A stretch of 64,000 nucleotides of DNA, taken from the IMG/VR virus record IMGVR_UViG_3300050343_000212, one strand, 5' to 3'. Made by a program: the position numbers and the translations under genes. The notes below the pieces were generated by a model. That model was not told where the DNA came from and did not search any database. It saw only the letters and a program-made list of their open reading frames with translations. The stretch's first letter is position 1; every line of letters starts with the position of its first letter. This document shows, piece by piece, positions 21,823-29,612 of the stretch. Origin of the DNA: a virus.

Positions 21823-22224
21823 TTACCTAGTGGGCTCTAATGCAAATGATAGTGACTGTGGTAGAGCATCAATACCAACAATCTTATAACGAATGACTAC
21901 ATCAAACTCATAATTATCTTCATTAGCAGAAACCTGAACTTCAGTTAAGTTAACTCTAGGTTCGAAGTTTCTTATTGATGTTTCAATTTCGGTTTTGATA
22001 GCGTATGATGTTTGATTATCAAAGTTCTCAAACAATAACCGATAAACATTTGAACCCAATTCTGAGTTAAAAGGTCTCTCACCAGGTGCAGTCATAACGA
22101 GATTACGAATAGATCTCGCAATTGCATTTTCGTTTCTGAGAGCAACTAGGTCCATATTCAGGGGATTAGCCTGAAATGTAGCACTCACGTCTCGAAAAGC
22201 TTTAGTGATCCTTTCTGCTGGCAC
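21823..22224 (-). CDS. gp25: Baseplate wedge subunit gp25
   Basis: NENAIARSIRNLVMTAPGERPFNSELGS...IRNFEPRV; adjacent to gp6. Confidence 0.92.
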   Translation of the reverse strand: MPAERITKAFRDVSATFQANPLNMDLVALRNENAIARSIRNLVMTAPGERPFNSELGSNVYRLLFENFDNQTSYAIKTEIETSIRNFEPRVNLTEVQVSANEDNYEFDVVIRYKIVGIDALPQSLSFALEPTR

Positions 22225-22249
22225 CTGAACAGATTATATAAGTGTGCTT

Positions 22250-22256
22250 TATTTAG
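22250..22256 (-). promoter_or_regulatory. T4-type late promoter for gp25 operon
   Basis: CTAAATA upstream of 22224. Confidence 0.65.
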
Positions 22257-22408
22257 GTGTGTTCTGACAGGGTTTGTTGTCCACACTTACATACATGATT
22301 TGGATCATCACAATCTTCGGACTCAAACAATCCATCTTCGTTTACAATTCTTTTATTTTTAGGTGTAATCTTATCATTTGCTATCTCCCGAAGTAGATTG
22401 TCTTCCAT
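22253..22408 (-). CDS. Small hypothetical protein (51 aa)
   Basis: Manual translation MEDNLLREIANDKITPK...; below ORF-track cutoff. Confidence 0.55.
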   Translation of the reverse strand: MEDNLLREIANDKITPKNKRIVNEDGLFESEDCDDPNHVCKCGQQTLSEHT

Positions 22409-23081
22409 CATTATCCTGTGTAGTATTAGTATCTAGTCTTTCTTTAGCAGTCTTCCAAAAATAAGAATCCTGATCACCAAGTCCATCTTTCTCATAACCA
22501 CACTCTACCTGATAGATTTGAGTGGATACTTTGAAATCTGGCATCTTTGGTTTCTCAGGTGTTAAACTATTATCATAGATACGAGTTCTATTGTTTGGAT
22601 ACAATGCATATTGTCCATTGTCAAGTTCAATCAAGTTATGAGACTTATGTTCAGAAGGGTTCTCTGAACAACTGTAATCAATGATATCAGGATCTTGATG
22701 GTAGTTGTCAAGAGTACACACATAAGACCCCTTCATGGTCCCATGGTTCCTTGTATAGACCTCATAGTTCATACTACCAATGAATTGTTTATTAACAGCA
22801 ACAACACCATAATCCATACAATTCCAAAACTGTAGGTTTTGTAAATTCATATCAGGGTCAGGTGTCTTTGGTTCTGATACAAAGGCACTGATCGGTAGTT
22901 TATCATACATTGCCCCATACTCTGGTAAGTATGTCTCAAAGTAAAAGGCTCGACCAGGGATACTCTTAGCAGATACCCATACACCTTTCTCAAACTCCCC
23001 ATGACCTGACTGGTGGTCTGTTAGATATTCTTTTCGAACCCATACTTCAACAGATGGTAAGTTAGCAATCAAACATGCCAT
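22374..23081 (-). CDS. Conserved cyanomyovirus hypothetical protein
   Basis: 235 aa, MACLIANLPSVEVWVRKEYL..., recognised from its usual position upstream of gp25. Confidence 0.75.
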   Translation of the reverse strand: MACLIANLPSVEVWVRKEYLTDHQSGHGEFEKGVWVSAKSIPGRAFYFETYLPEYGAMYDKLPISAFVSEPKTPDPDMNLQNLQFWNCMDYGVVAVNKQFIGSMNYEVYTRNHGTMKGSYVCTLDNYHQDPDIIDYSCSENPSEHKSHNLIELDNGQYALYPNNRTRIYDNSLTPEKPKMPDFKVSTQIYQVECGYEKDGLGDQDSYFWKTAKERLDTNTTQDNDGRQSTSGDSK

Positions 23082-23113
23082 ATTAATATCTTCAGTTAAT
23101 ATATCTATACATT

Positions 23114-23137
23114 AAAAAGGAATCCCGAAGGATTCCC
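23114..23137 (-). terminator. Rho-independent terminator
   Basis: Minus strand GGAATCC-TTCG-GGATTCC followed by TTTTT (UUCG tetraloop). Confidence 0.85.
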
Positions 23138-23143
23138 ATAATA

Positions 23144-23290
23144 CTATCGACCTTGACCTTTATACCTCTTCTTTGCCTTGTTAGAACTCGTAGACGCATA
23201 CTTTGTATGTTGGCCTGATCCTTGTCGCGATTTTTTGGGTTGTGTCTCAATAAACACATTACCCATTAGACTCTTCTTAACTTTTGCCAT
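23144..23290 (-). CDS. Small basic protein (48 aa)
   Basis: Manual translation MAKVKKSLMGNVFIETQPKKSRQG...KKRYKGQGR; GGAGG RBS upstream. Confidence 0.7.
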   Translation of the reverse strand: MAKVKKSLMGNVFIETQPKKSRQGSGQHTKYASTSSNKAKKRYKGQGR

Positions 23291-23302
23291 AATGACCTCC
23301 TA

Positions 23303-24115
23303 TCAAATAACTCGCATTTTTTCGTGACCCACACGAATACGAGGATCACACCAAATCTCATAACCAGCTTCGATAGCATCTAAACAGAATGAGACATCCT
23401 CTCCACACATATCTTGAACAGCTCCTGATTCAAACACCTGCATCTTCGGTGCAAACCATGGATATGTCATCTTCTTATCTTCAAACACACCCTTCTTAAT
23501 CATCACCCATCCGAAACCTGTGTAATCTACAGTGAAAGGCTTCTTACGATTCTGAATCGAGTCTACCATCTCATGATTCATCACACCACCGTTGTTACGG
23601 AAGTCATCCTCTTCTAACCAATGTGCAACTGAGGTAGTCTTCCCGTCTTCTGTGGAATACCAACCAGCAGAGATCGGATGATCTTCTCCTTCAATCTCAT
23701 TACCTTCTTCATCAATTGCAGAAGCTGGTAGTGCTACATCACACAATTGCCAAAACTTCTCTGTATTGAATACAATGTCACTATCAATCCACAACTGATA
23801 GTCATAGTTCAACTTACCATCCCAGGGAATCTGATCTGGTCCACGAAGTACATTGGCACCCAAACACTTACAACGTGCAAAGTTTACCATACTACTATAG
23901 TCTTGACTGATCTGAATGGACATACCATTCTGTACCATATCAAAACATAATTGTACGAAGTTCTTCATAAACGTATATGAACATCCTCTTCCAGGTAGAC
24001 AGAATACAATTGTCTTACCTCTCATCCGAGCCTTGATATCATCAATATCCCACTCAGGTGCTTTTGTCCTTAGAGTTTTGGGCTTTGCTGCCTTCACCGT
24101 AAATCCTTTAGCCAT
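23303..24115 (-). CDS. Glycosyltransferase-like (GT-A fold) conserved cyanomyovirus protein
   Basis: VFCLPG, ARCKCLG, WIDSD (DxD), TGFGWVMIKKGVFE, GEDVSFC...GYEIWCDPRIRVGHEK. Confidence 0.7.
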   Translation of the reverse strand: MAKGFTVKAAKPKTLRTKAPEWDIDDIKARMRGKTIVFCLPGRGCSYTFMKNFVQLCFDMVQNGMSIQISQDYSSMVNFARCKCLGANVLRGPDQIPWDGKLNYDYQLWIDSDIVFNTEKFWQLCDVALPASAIDEEGNEIEGEDHPISAGWYSTEDGKTTSVAHWLEEDDFRNNGGVMNHEMVDSIQNRKKPFTVDYTGFGWVMIKKGVFEDKKMTYPWFAPKMQVFESGAVQDMCGEDVSFCLDAIEAGYEIWCDPRIRVGHEKMRVI

Positions 24116-24163
24116 AAGTCTTAGTAACTACACTTCAAATTATATCAGAGTATCTAGGGAGAG

Positions 24164-24370
24164 TCAATAGGAGCTTTCCTCTTCCTCTGGTATTGTTTTC
24201 ACTACCTCATATGAGAGGTCCTCCTCTTCATACTCAGTTTTCATCAGTCCTACCATTGCTTTCAATGATGTCCAAGTATGGTCGAAGTTTTCTTCACTTA
24301 TCATCGGAACTACACACTTGTCTCTCAAGTATATGTGATAATAATTTTCAGGGGTAAAATTTTTCATCAA
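24164..24370 (-). CDS. Conserved hypothetical protein
   Basis: 68 aa ORF with GGAGG RBS. Confidence 0.7.
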   Translation of the reverse strand: MMKNFTPENYYHIYLRDKCVVPMISEENFDHTWTSLKAMVGLMKTEYEEEDLSYEVVKTIPEEEESSY

Positions 24371-24590
24371 CCTCCAATAGGGTTTCGTTTTTATATATGG
24401 GAACCCCCTATATGCTGGGCATAGCTGGGAAAAAAAATAGGGGGAATTATTTCGAAAGAGGGTATATACTTTTGTAGGTTAGGGTTAGGTACTTTTTTAG
24501 AACGGGGGGGGGTCGGATCGGCTTTATACCCGCTACGCCGACCGACGATATCATAAACCGACGAATAATAACGTGTCGATTCACAACATC

Positions 24591-24619
24591 ATCATAACGC
24601 ATATATCACTGTCTGTCAA
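24591..24619 (-). promoter_or_regulatory. sigma70-type early promoter
   Basis: TTGACA-17 nt-TATGAT on minus strand. Confidence 0.75.
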
Positions 24620-24786
24620 CTCACCCCAAGAGACTGATATACATCTTCTCGTGTCTCTAAGTATTCATCAAGTTGTTCAGTAGTAGTGAAGTATTCCAAC
24701 AACATTTGATATTCATCTCTATAATCAATCACTTTCATATCGATGAGATTGTAGAGTGCTTGGGAGAATGCTTCGGTGTGAATCAA
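24616..24786 (-). CDS. Small hypothetical protein (56 aa, TTG start)
   Basis: Manual translation (L)IHTEAFSQALYNLIDMKVIDY...; directly downstream of repeat copy 1. Confidence 0.5.
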   Translation of the reverse strand: MIHTEAFSQALYNLIDMKVIDYRDEYQMLLEYFTTTEQLDEYLETREDVYQSLGVS

Positions 24787-24797
24787 GTTGGTTTAAA

Positions 24798-24835
24798 GTG
24801 TCTTACATCTATAGAGCACTTTGCAGGTGAGTAAC
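24798..24835 (-). repeat. 38-bp early-region element, copy 1
   Basis: GTTACTCACCTGCAAAGTGCTCTATAGATGTAAGACAC. Confidence 0.85.
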
Positions 24836-24851
24836 AATAATATACTGCAAT

Positions 24852-24882
24852 AAAAAAGGGAAAGGACACCACTCCTCTCCCT
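24852..24882 (-). terminator. Rho-independent terminator
   Basis: Minus strand GGGAGAGGA-6 nt-TCCTTTCCC then T6. Confidence 0.7.
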
Positions 24883-25014
24883 CAGTTTGTAACACACACC
24901 GGGTCTGAGTTTATAGACCTCACCCGTGGTCTGTTTGTAATACTTAGTAAGTGTTCTTAAGTGTATGTAACTGAAGGGGGATTAGACCCCCTTACAGACT
25001 CTTATAGGTGTGTC

Positions 25015-25131
25015 TTAGAAGGTAATCTCCTCAGGGTTGGAAGTGTCATTCTGAATAACATCGAGGATCTGAAGGATTTCATCACCGTTGTTACCTTGAG
25101 CCAACAATCCGAGTGCAAGTTCGAGAGTCAT
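25015..25131 (-). CDS. Small hypothetical protein (38 aa)
   Basis: MTLELALGLLAQGNNGDEILQILDVIQ..., manual translation. Confidence 0.55.
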   Translation of the reverse strand: MTLELALGLLAQGNNGDEILQILDVIQNDTSNPEEITF

Positions 25132-25202
25132 AATAAAGAAGAAAGTGTTAGATAGGGGAGGTTTGGTCTAGGTCTTACGCTGAATACTGTGCTGCCTAGT
25201 TG

Positions 25203-25328
25203 TTACTTAGTGTTGGTCAGTAAAGAATGCTTAGGACCTTTCTTTGTCTTGAGAACTGTTACCTTTGGTTTCACTCCTGATTGTTGTAGTTCATCGATGA
25301 TGTTGATCAGGTTAGTATAACTGGTCAT
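25203..25328 (-). CDS. Small hypothetical protein (41 aa)
   Basis: MTSYTNLINIIDELQQSGVKPKVTVLKT..., manual translation. Confidence 0.5.
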   Translation of the reverse strand: MTSYTNLINIIDELQQSGVKPKVTVLKTKKGPKHSLLTNTK

Positions 25329-25353
25329 GGTAGGTAATGTCAATTAGTGGTGA

Positions 25354-25524
25354 TCAGTTGTTTTCTAGTAGGTCTTCAATCACTGTGAATACATCATCAG
25401 TGATTGTGATTCCTTGTGATTCACAATAGTCAAGACACATTTCCAGATCAGGTGTCATCTCTAGGACGAAACTGTAAAGGTCTGAGAAGACTGATTCTGT
25501 GAGGATGGTTTGAGTGTTGTTCAT
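25354..25524 (-). CDS. Small acidic hypothetical protein (56 aa)
   Basis: MNNTQTILTESVFSDLYSFVLEMTPDLEMCLDYCESQG...; begins in the 3' part of repeat copy 2. Confidence 0.6.
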   Translation of the reverse strand: MNNTQTILTESVFSDLYSFVLEMTPDLEMCLDYCESQGITITDDVFTVIEDLLENN

Positions 25525-25553
25525 ATCCATGGGGCAGTTTGGAGGTGAGTAAC
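25516..25553 (-). repeat. 38-bp early-region element, copy 2
   Basis: GTTACTCACCTCCAAACTGCCCCATGGATATGAACAAC. Confidence 0.8.
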
Positions 25554-25610
25554 ATTAATACCTAAGAGACTGTTACAGATAAGGGATCCTGATTTGACAG
25601 GATTGGGGGG

Positions 25611-25639
25611 TTGACATGTTCTCGAAGTCCTGATAGACT
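25611..25639 (+). promoter_or_regulatory. sigma70-type promoter, antisense to all genes
   Basis: TTGACA-17 nt-TAGACT on plus strand, pointing into non-coding DNA. Confidence 0.65.
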
Positions 25640-25702
25640 ACGGCCTTAGATGACAATAAGATCAGACCTTTATCAGATATAAGTCATAATAAGATCAGAC
25701 GT

Positions 25703-25789
25703 TTCTCCACAGGTTTATAACACATAACAACACATAATATCAGGGTTTATCCACACTTTCCTTCACTTATTCCACACCCTTGTGGAAAA
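25703..25789. promoter_or_regulatory. Cluster of four DnaA-box-like 9-mers (origin-like element)
   Basis: TTCTCCACA 25703, TTATCCACA 25747 (perfect), TATTCCACA 25768, TGTGGAAAA 25781 (inverted TTTTCCACA, perfect); AT-rich tract follows. Confidence 0.5.
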
Positions 25790-25864
25790 CAATAAAACAC
25801 GCATATATGTTTTTAAATACCTTTTTTAATATAAAACATGGTATTTAGTATGGTTTTCTAGGGG

Positions 25865-26146
25865 TTAATTCCATCCCGTACTCTCATCAGGTTCAGGTAA
25901 ATCATCCTCACTAGTATCATCTAGGAGTTCAGGGTAAGAGTCTTTTACCTCATCAATCAGTTCATTTACAGAATACTTATCAAGGTTATCATTGATAGTA
26001 TCATATACAAATGTTTCCATAGTTTTGAAATCCATACTATCAATCAGTTCTTTAATGTATTGATCTTGTAGTTCATCTCTGTCGATGATGTTGTCCTTAG
26101 TTGTGTTGTTCATAATGTCTTTCATTTGTGAGATTGTTGGAGTCAT
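25865..26146 (-). CDS. Hypothetical protein
   Basis: 93 aa acidic ORF. Confidence 0.65.
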   Translation of the reverse strand: MTPTISQMKDIMNNTTKDNIIDRDELQDQYIKELIDSMDFKTMETFVYDTINDNLDKYSVNELIDEVKDSYPELLDDTSEDDLPEPDESTGWN

Positions 26147-26261
26147 GATTTAGGGTCAATAAAGTTAGCTAGTCCGTATAAGAAAGATGATATGAATCGT
26201 CTTAATCCTGTCCACTTAGATAAACAATAGAATGTGATTATCCATAAGAGTAAACTACACA

Positions 26262-26396
26262 TTAGAACCTTAATCGGATAGAGTTTTCAGGTTGAATAAA
26301 GTCTGATGCTGATTGTAGTGAATCAGAGGTGAATTGTCTTGCCTCATTACTATTCCAAAGAAGTGCTCCGATGATAACCAATAGAATGAATTTCAT
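26262..26396 (-). CDS. Small membrane/secreted hypothetical protein
   Basis: MKFILLVIIGALLW... hydrophobic N-terminus; start revised from track ORF 26262..26519. Confidence 0.55.
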   Translation of the reverse strand: MKFILLVIIGALLWNSNEARQFTSDSLQSASDFIQPENSIRLRF

Positions 26397-26451
26397 GTGG
26401 ATTGTGATTAGATTGGATTTAGAACGAGACTTAGTTAGAGTGTTCAATATA

Positions 26452-26796
26452 TCAGGCGAAGAGATAACCGGATTTGAAATCTTGAGTCTGATAGACATTC
26501 TTTCCGTTGATACATCCAACGAACTTTCTTACATACCAGAGGAAATCCTTCTGAAAGACTCCTTCTCCACTGATACAAAATTCATCACAAAGTGCGTTGA
26601 GTCTAGACTTTGTTGTAACTGATTGCCAACCACCATCAAAGATTGACATAGTAGTATCATCAACAACTGCAATTTTGTTACCGTGAAGATATACAATAGA
26701 GAGATCATCTCCCACATATTGTACTTCAGTATTACCAGACTTCCAAGACTTATTGTCTTTGATTGCCTGACACATTTGGGATTCGATCTTTCTCAT
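26452..26796 (-). CDS. Conserved cyanophage early hypothetical protein
   Basis: MRKIESQMCQAI...VYLHGNKIA...GGWQSVTTKSRLNAL; downstream of repeat copy 3. Confidence 0.75.
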   Translation of the reverse strand: MRKIESQMCQAIKDNKSWKSGNTEVQYVGDDLSIVYLHGNKIAVVDDTTMSIFDGGWQSVTTKSRLNALCDEFCISGEGVFQKDFLWYVRKFVGCINGKNVYQTQDFKSGYLFA

Positions 26797-26810
26797 GGTG
26801 TTGGTTGGAA

Positions 26811-26848
26811 GTGTCTTACACCTATAGGGCAGTTTAGAGGTGAGTAAC
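26811..26848 (-). repeat. 38-bp early-region element, copy 3
   Basis: GTTACTCACCTCTAAACTGCCCTATAGGTGTAAGACAC. Confidence 0.9.
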
Positions 26849-26865
26849 TTTAATTCATTGATGAT

Positions 26866-26997
26866 TCATCTTGTTTGTTGAATTGTTGAGTCATAATATT
26901 TCATCATTTTAGTGTCACGTTCTGATAGGAATAACATGTAGCATGTAAGACCTATGAACACAAAGATCATACCTAGAAAATACTGAGTAAAGTTCAT
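26866..26997 (-). CDS. Small membrane protein (43 aa)
   Basis: MNFTQYFLGMIFVFIGLTCYMLFL..., single TM segment. Confidence 0.5.
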   Translation of the reverse strand: MNFTQYFLGMIFVFIGLTCYMLFLSERDTKMMKYYDSTIQQTR

Positions 26998-27086
26998 TTT
27001 GTTTCTGTGGTGTCATAATAACGTATAGTTGAATGAAACTTATCGATTGGATCTTCCTTCATACCTAATACTTGCTCTATCCTATC

Positions 27087-27290
27087 TTAGAATACGTTGG
27101 TCCATGAATGATGCTTTGCAGCACTAATCCTACCATCTTTGAGTAATCCATCACACACTTGACAGAATACTTCAAACTTTTCCAATCGTGTCAGGTTAGC
27201 ATCAATTTTGTTTGAAGTTTCACCGACGACTTTGAGTAGTTGTGTTTTGAGCATGATGTTAGTTAGTGACGTAAGTTTGTGCGATTGCAT
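27087..27290 (-). CDS. Hypothetical protein
   Basis: ORF track; LTRLEKFEVFCQVCDGLLKDGRIS. Confidence 0.6.
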   Translation of the reverse strand: MQSHKLTSLTNIMLKTQLLKVVGETSNKIDANLTRLEKFEVFCQVCDGLLKDGRISAAKHHSWTNVF

Positions 27291-27337
27291 CAGTCTTAAA
27301 CTTTCTGCATAGTTTAAACAGCAGTTTTAAATCATCC

Positions 27338-27523
27338 TTAATCACATATCGAAACGAGATGATTCGATGATAAACTTATCATCCTCCAACCATACTTGTG
27401 GGAGTTGTTTTTTGTAGATAGGGAAGTCATGGTATAAATCCATACGGCACATTCTGCATCTTCTCCCTGTTGTTCAATCATTCGTGATACTTTGTCTTGA
27501 AGTTGCTTGAGAGTGTAATTCAT
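27338..27523 (-). CDS. Hypothetical protein, possibly chimeric or frameshifted after WIYT
   Basis: MNYTLKQLQDKV...CAVWIYT, after which a different frame reads DFPIYKKQLPQVWLEDDKFIIES. Confidence 0.4.
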   Translation of the reverse strand: MNYTLKQLQDKVSRMIEQQGEDAECAVWIYTMTSLSTKNNSHKYGWRMISLSSNHLVSICD

Positions 27524-27525
27524 GA

Positions 27526-27693
27526 TTAGTAGTGATACTCAGTGTCGGTTAGTACGGAAAGATAGTGATAGATTCTCTTATAACATTTTCGATTCATATC
27601 TTCATCTTCACCAATGAATTCGAAACAATAACGAAGACGATTGTAAGGGTCTTCTAAGTGTTTTTGGATTTCAGTTTGTGTCATCTTATTCAT
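27526..27693 (-). CDS. Small hypothetical protein (55 aa)
   Basis: Manual translation MNKMTQTEIQKHLEDPYNRLRYCFEF... Confidence 0.5.
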   Translation of the reverse strand: MNKMTQTEIQKHLEDPYNRLRYCFEFIGEDEDMNRKCYKRIYHYLSVLTDTEYHY

Positions 27694-27695
27694 GA

Positions 27696-27933
27696 TCAAA
27701 GTTCCTCCATCATTTCGTCAAGTTCAACTAGGTTAAGATTAATATCATCCAACTTTACTCCATCTAAAGTTGTTGCACCTTCCTCAAAATTACGACGAAC
27801 AAAATCCTGATAAGAATAAGAACGACGTGCTAAGTTATACAAACCTTCGTCATTACCAATCCAAAGTGCTACATTCCAGGTCTCATAATTCTCCCAACCG
27901 TTGTACGTGGTGTCTTCGATTGTGGTTTGACAT
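27696..27933 (-). pseudogene. [15 protein letters not shown]-family phage protein with one +1 frameshift near its start
   Basis: 238 nt = 79 codons + 1; removing one A from ATGTCAAACC gives [32 protein letters not shown]... Confidence 0.6.
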
Positions 27934-28068
27934 CATCTTTGCGTTCAGTGCCCTACATCCAGGATATAAATGTTCTGCCTGTTTGTATGCTCGATGAGTC
28001 GATTCTGCCATCACTGTGATAACAATGTGACGACCACCTTTAGACAATGTGACTTTGAATTCATTCAT
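27883..28068 (-). CDS. Small hypothetical protein
   Basis: ORF track; C-terminal tail overlaps next gene and is probably artefactual. Confidence 0.45.
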   Translation of the reverse strand: MNEFKVTLSKGGRHIVITVMAESTHRAYKQAEHLYPGCRALNAKMMSNHNRRHHVQRLGEL

Positions 28069-28105
28069 GATGGTTGTTAATTAGTGTGAGTGTAAAGTAA
28101 TAGAT

Positions 28106-28292
28106 TCAACGAACATAGAGGAATGAACCGTAAGGATCTACCAACCCAGGATACTGTGCCAATGATTCAATAAAGAAACGAATACCCTTAGCAGGTGCCT
28201 TATAGGATCGGGTTTGTAACATGCTCCAGTCTCTTTGTCGATGAACATGAATACACCCTCAGTCTCATATGAACCATCGGAGTTAACACGTT
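28106..28292 (-). pseudogene. C-terminal remnant of a FIDKETG..YKP.SYKAPAK-family phage protein fused to the helicase end
   Basis: Alternative frames read QRVNSDGSYETEGVFMFIDKETGACYKP / SYKAPAKGIRFFIESLAQYPGLVDPYGSFLYVR*; no start of its own. Confidence 0.45.
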
Positions 28293-29411
28293 GAATCCCT
28301 TGGCGGTAGAGATACCAACCTTAGAATAAACAGGGACAACACAGAACCCATAGGTCTTCGATTGTCCACCTTTGCGAAGAACACGACCGATAGTCTGAGT
28401 CATCTCAATGATATTCATGTTCCTCATGAAGATGACACATTCCAGTTGCGACACGTTGATACCTTCAGACAGAATCGAGCGATGAAGTACAACAAACTTT
28501 TTGTCTGTATCTTTACCCCATGCATTCAGTGTCTCGAAGAATACTTCACGACTGACTTTCTTACCATCAACAACAGCACCTGTCTTTGCAGTTATGTAGA
28601 GGTAAGAATATCCACGTTGTGCAAGTTGGTCTGCAAAGTCAGTCTCAAAGATCGTGGTGAGTTGTTTCGTAGTCTTAGAACATACTAGGATCTTTTTGAT
28701 ATCCATCTCATCAATCGTGGAGAGAATATTGTTACTCTCAAGGTGTGGAGTAATAGATGCTCTGTCCACCTTATCCATCTCGATCACCTTCACTTTAGGG
28801 GGAAGGATGAATCCACCATTAACAAGTTCGGGTGCAGATACGCGAGTGATGATGTCACCGTAGATCTCACGATCGTTCATCCCTGGTTTGTTGATAGTGA
28901 GCGAAGTCCTACGGGTTGCAGTGAAGTAGTAACAACGATCTGCATGACGTGAGAAATACTCTGTAGGACCGAAGAAGTTACGTTGAACCGAGTTATGTGC
29001 CTCGTCAAAGTAAATCGTGTCTACAGGGATTCCAGACTCTTGCACACGGTGCAAAGAATGATATGTCGTGAAGATGATGACATGTTCACGAACGGTTTGA
29101 CACATCTCCACAAACAACTTGATGCGTTCTGATTTAGTTGTCTTGAAATGTTTGGTTTCTCCACTATGAACATGGAGAACATTTGCGTTTGTGATGTGCT
29201 CCAGATACTCAGAACAAAGTTGTTCTGCAAGAAGAATACGAGGTGCGACAACAACAATCACACGAGGAACTTTGATCTCAAAACGACGCATAGCGTCCAT
29301 GATTGCGATCAGAGTCTTACCACCACCAGTCGGAACAATCACCTGACCGATAGCATTCTGTTTGAGTGCATCGAGTCCACGTTGCTGGTGTGGACGGAGG
29401 GTGATTGTCAT
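28200..29411 (-). CDS. Superfamily 2 (DEAH) helicase / type III restriction Res-like
   Basis: LRPHQ, PTGGGKT (Walker A), DEAH, TAT, LSEGIN, QTIGRVLR; last ~35 aa probably not native. Confidence 0.88.
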   Translation of the reverse strand: MTITLRPHQQRGLDALKQNAIGQVIVPTGGGKTLIAIMDAMRRFEIKVPRVIVVVAPRILLAEQLCSEYLEHITNANVLHVHSGETKHFKTTKSERIKLFVEMCQTVREHVIIFTTYHSLHRVQESGIPVDTIYFDEAHNSVQRNFFGPTEYFSRHADRCYYFTATRRTSLTINKPGMNDREIYGDIITRVSAPELVNGGFILPPKVKVIEMDKVDRASITPHLESNNILSTIDEMDIKKILVCSKTTKQLTTIFETDFADQLAQRGYSYLYITAKTGAVVDGKKVSREVFFETLNAWGKDTDKKFVVLHRSILSEGINVSQLECVIFMRNMNIIEMTQTIGRVLRKGGQSKTYGFCVVPVYSKVGISTAKGFNVLTPMVHMRLRVYSCSSTKRLEHVTNPIL

Positions 29412-29418
29412 AATGTAG

Positions 29419-29455
29419 GTGTCTATAACTATAGGGCAATTTAGAGGTGAGTAAC
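29419..29455 (-). repeat. 38-bp early-region element, copy 4
   Basis: GTTACTCACCTCTAAATTGCCCTATAGTTATAGACAC, 7 nt upstream of helicase ATG. Confidence 0.9.
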
Positions 29456-29456
29456 T

Positions 29457-29606
29457 TTATTGAATAACGTTTGAGGGAGGTCTCATGAGCCTTTCGAGTG
29501 CAGATTTTGCCTCTTGTCTCCTCTCTGCCTCACTATCTGGAGAGAAGATGTTAATAGTGGCAACGAACAATGAACCGATTGCAATGAGGTAAAGAAAACG
29601 AATCAT
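29457..29606 (-). CDS. Small membrane protein (49 aa)
   Basis: MIRFLYLIAIGSLFVATINIFSPD...; stop abuts repeat copy 4. Confidence 0.55.
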   Translation of the reverse strand: MIRFLYLIAIGSLFVATINIFSPDSEAERRQEAKSALERLMRPPSNVIQ

Positions 29607-29612
29607 GATGAA

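Noticed and set aside
24477-24489. Telomere-like TTAGGG repeat
   Set aside because: Only about two units; expected by chance in this low-complexity leader
24831-24845. NtcA box (GTA-N8-TAC) next to the repeat
   Set aside because: Spacing is N9 here and N7 at 30535 and 32777, never N8
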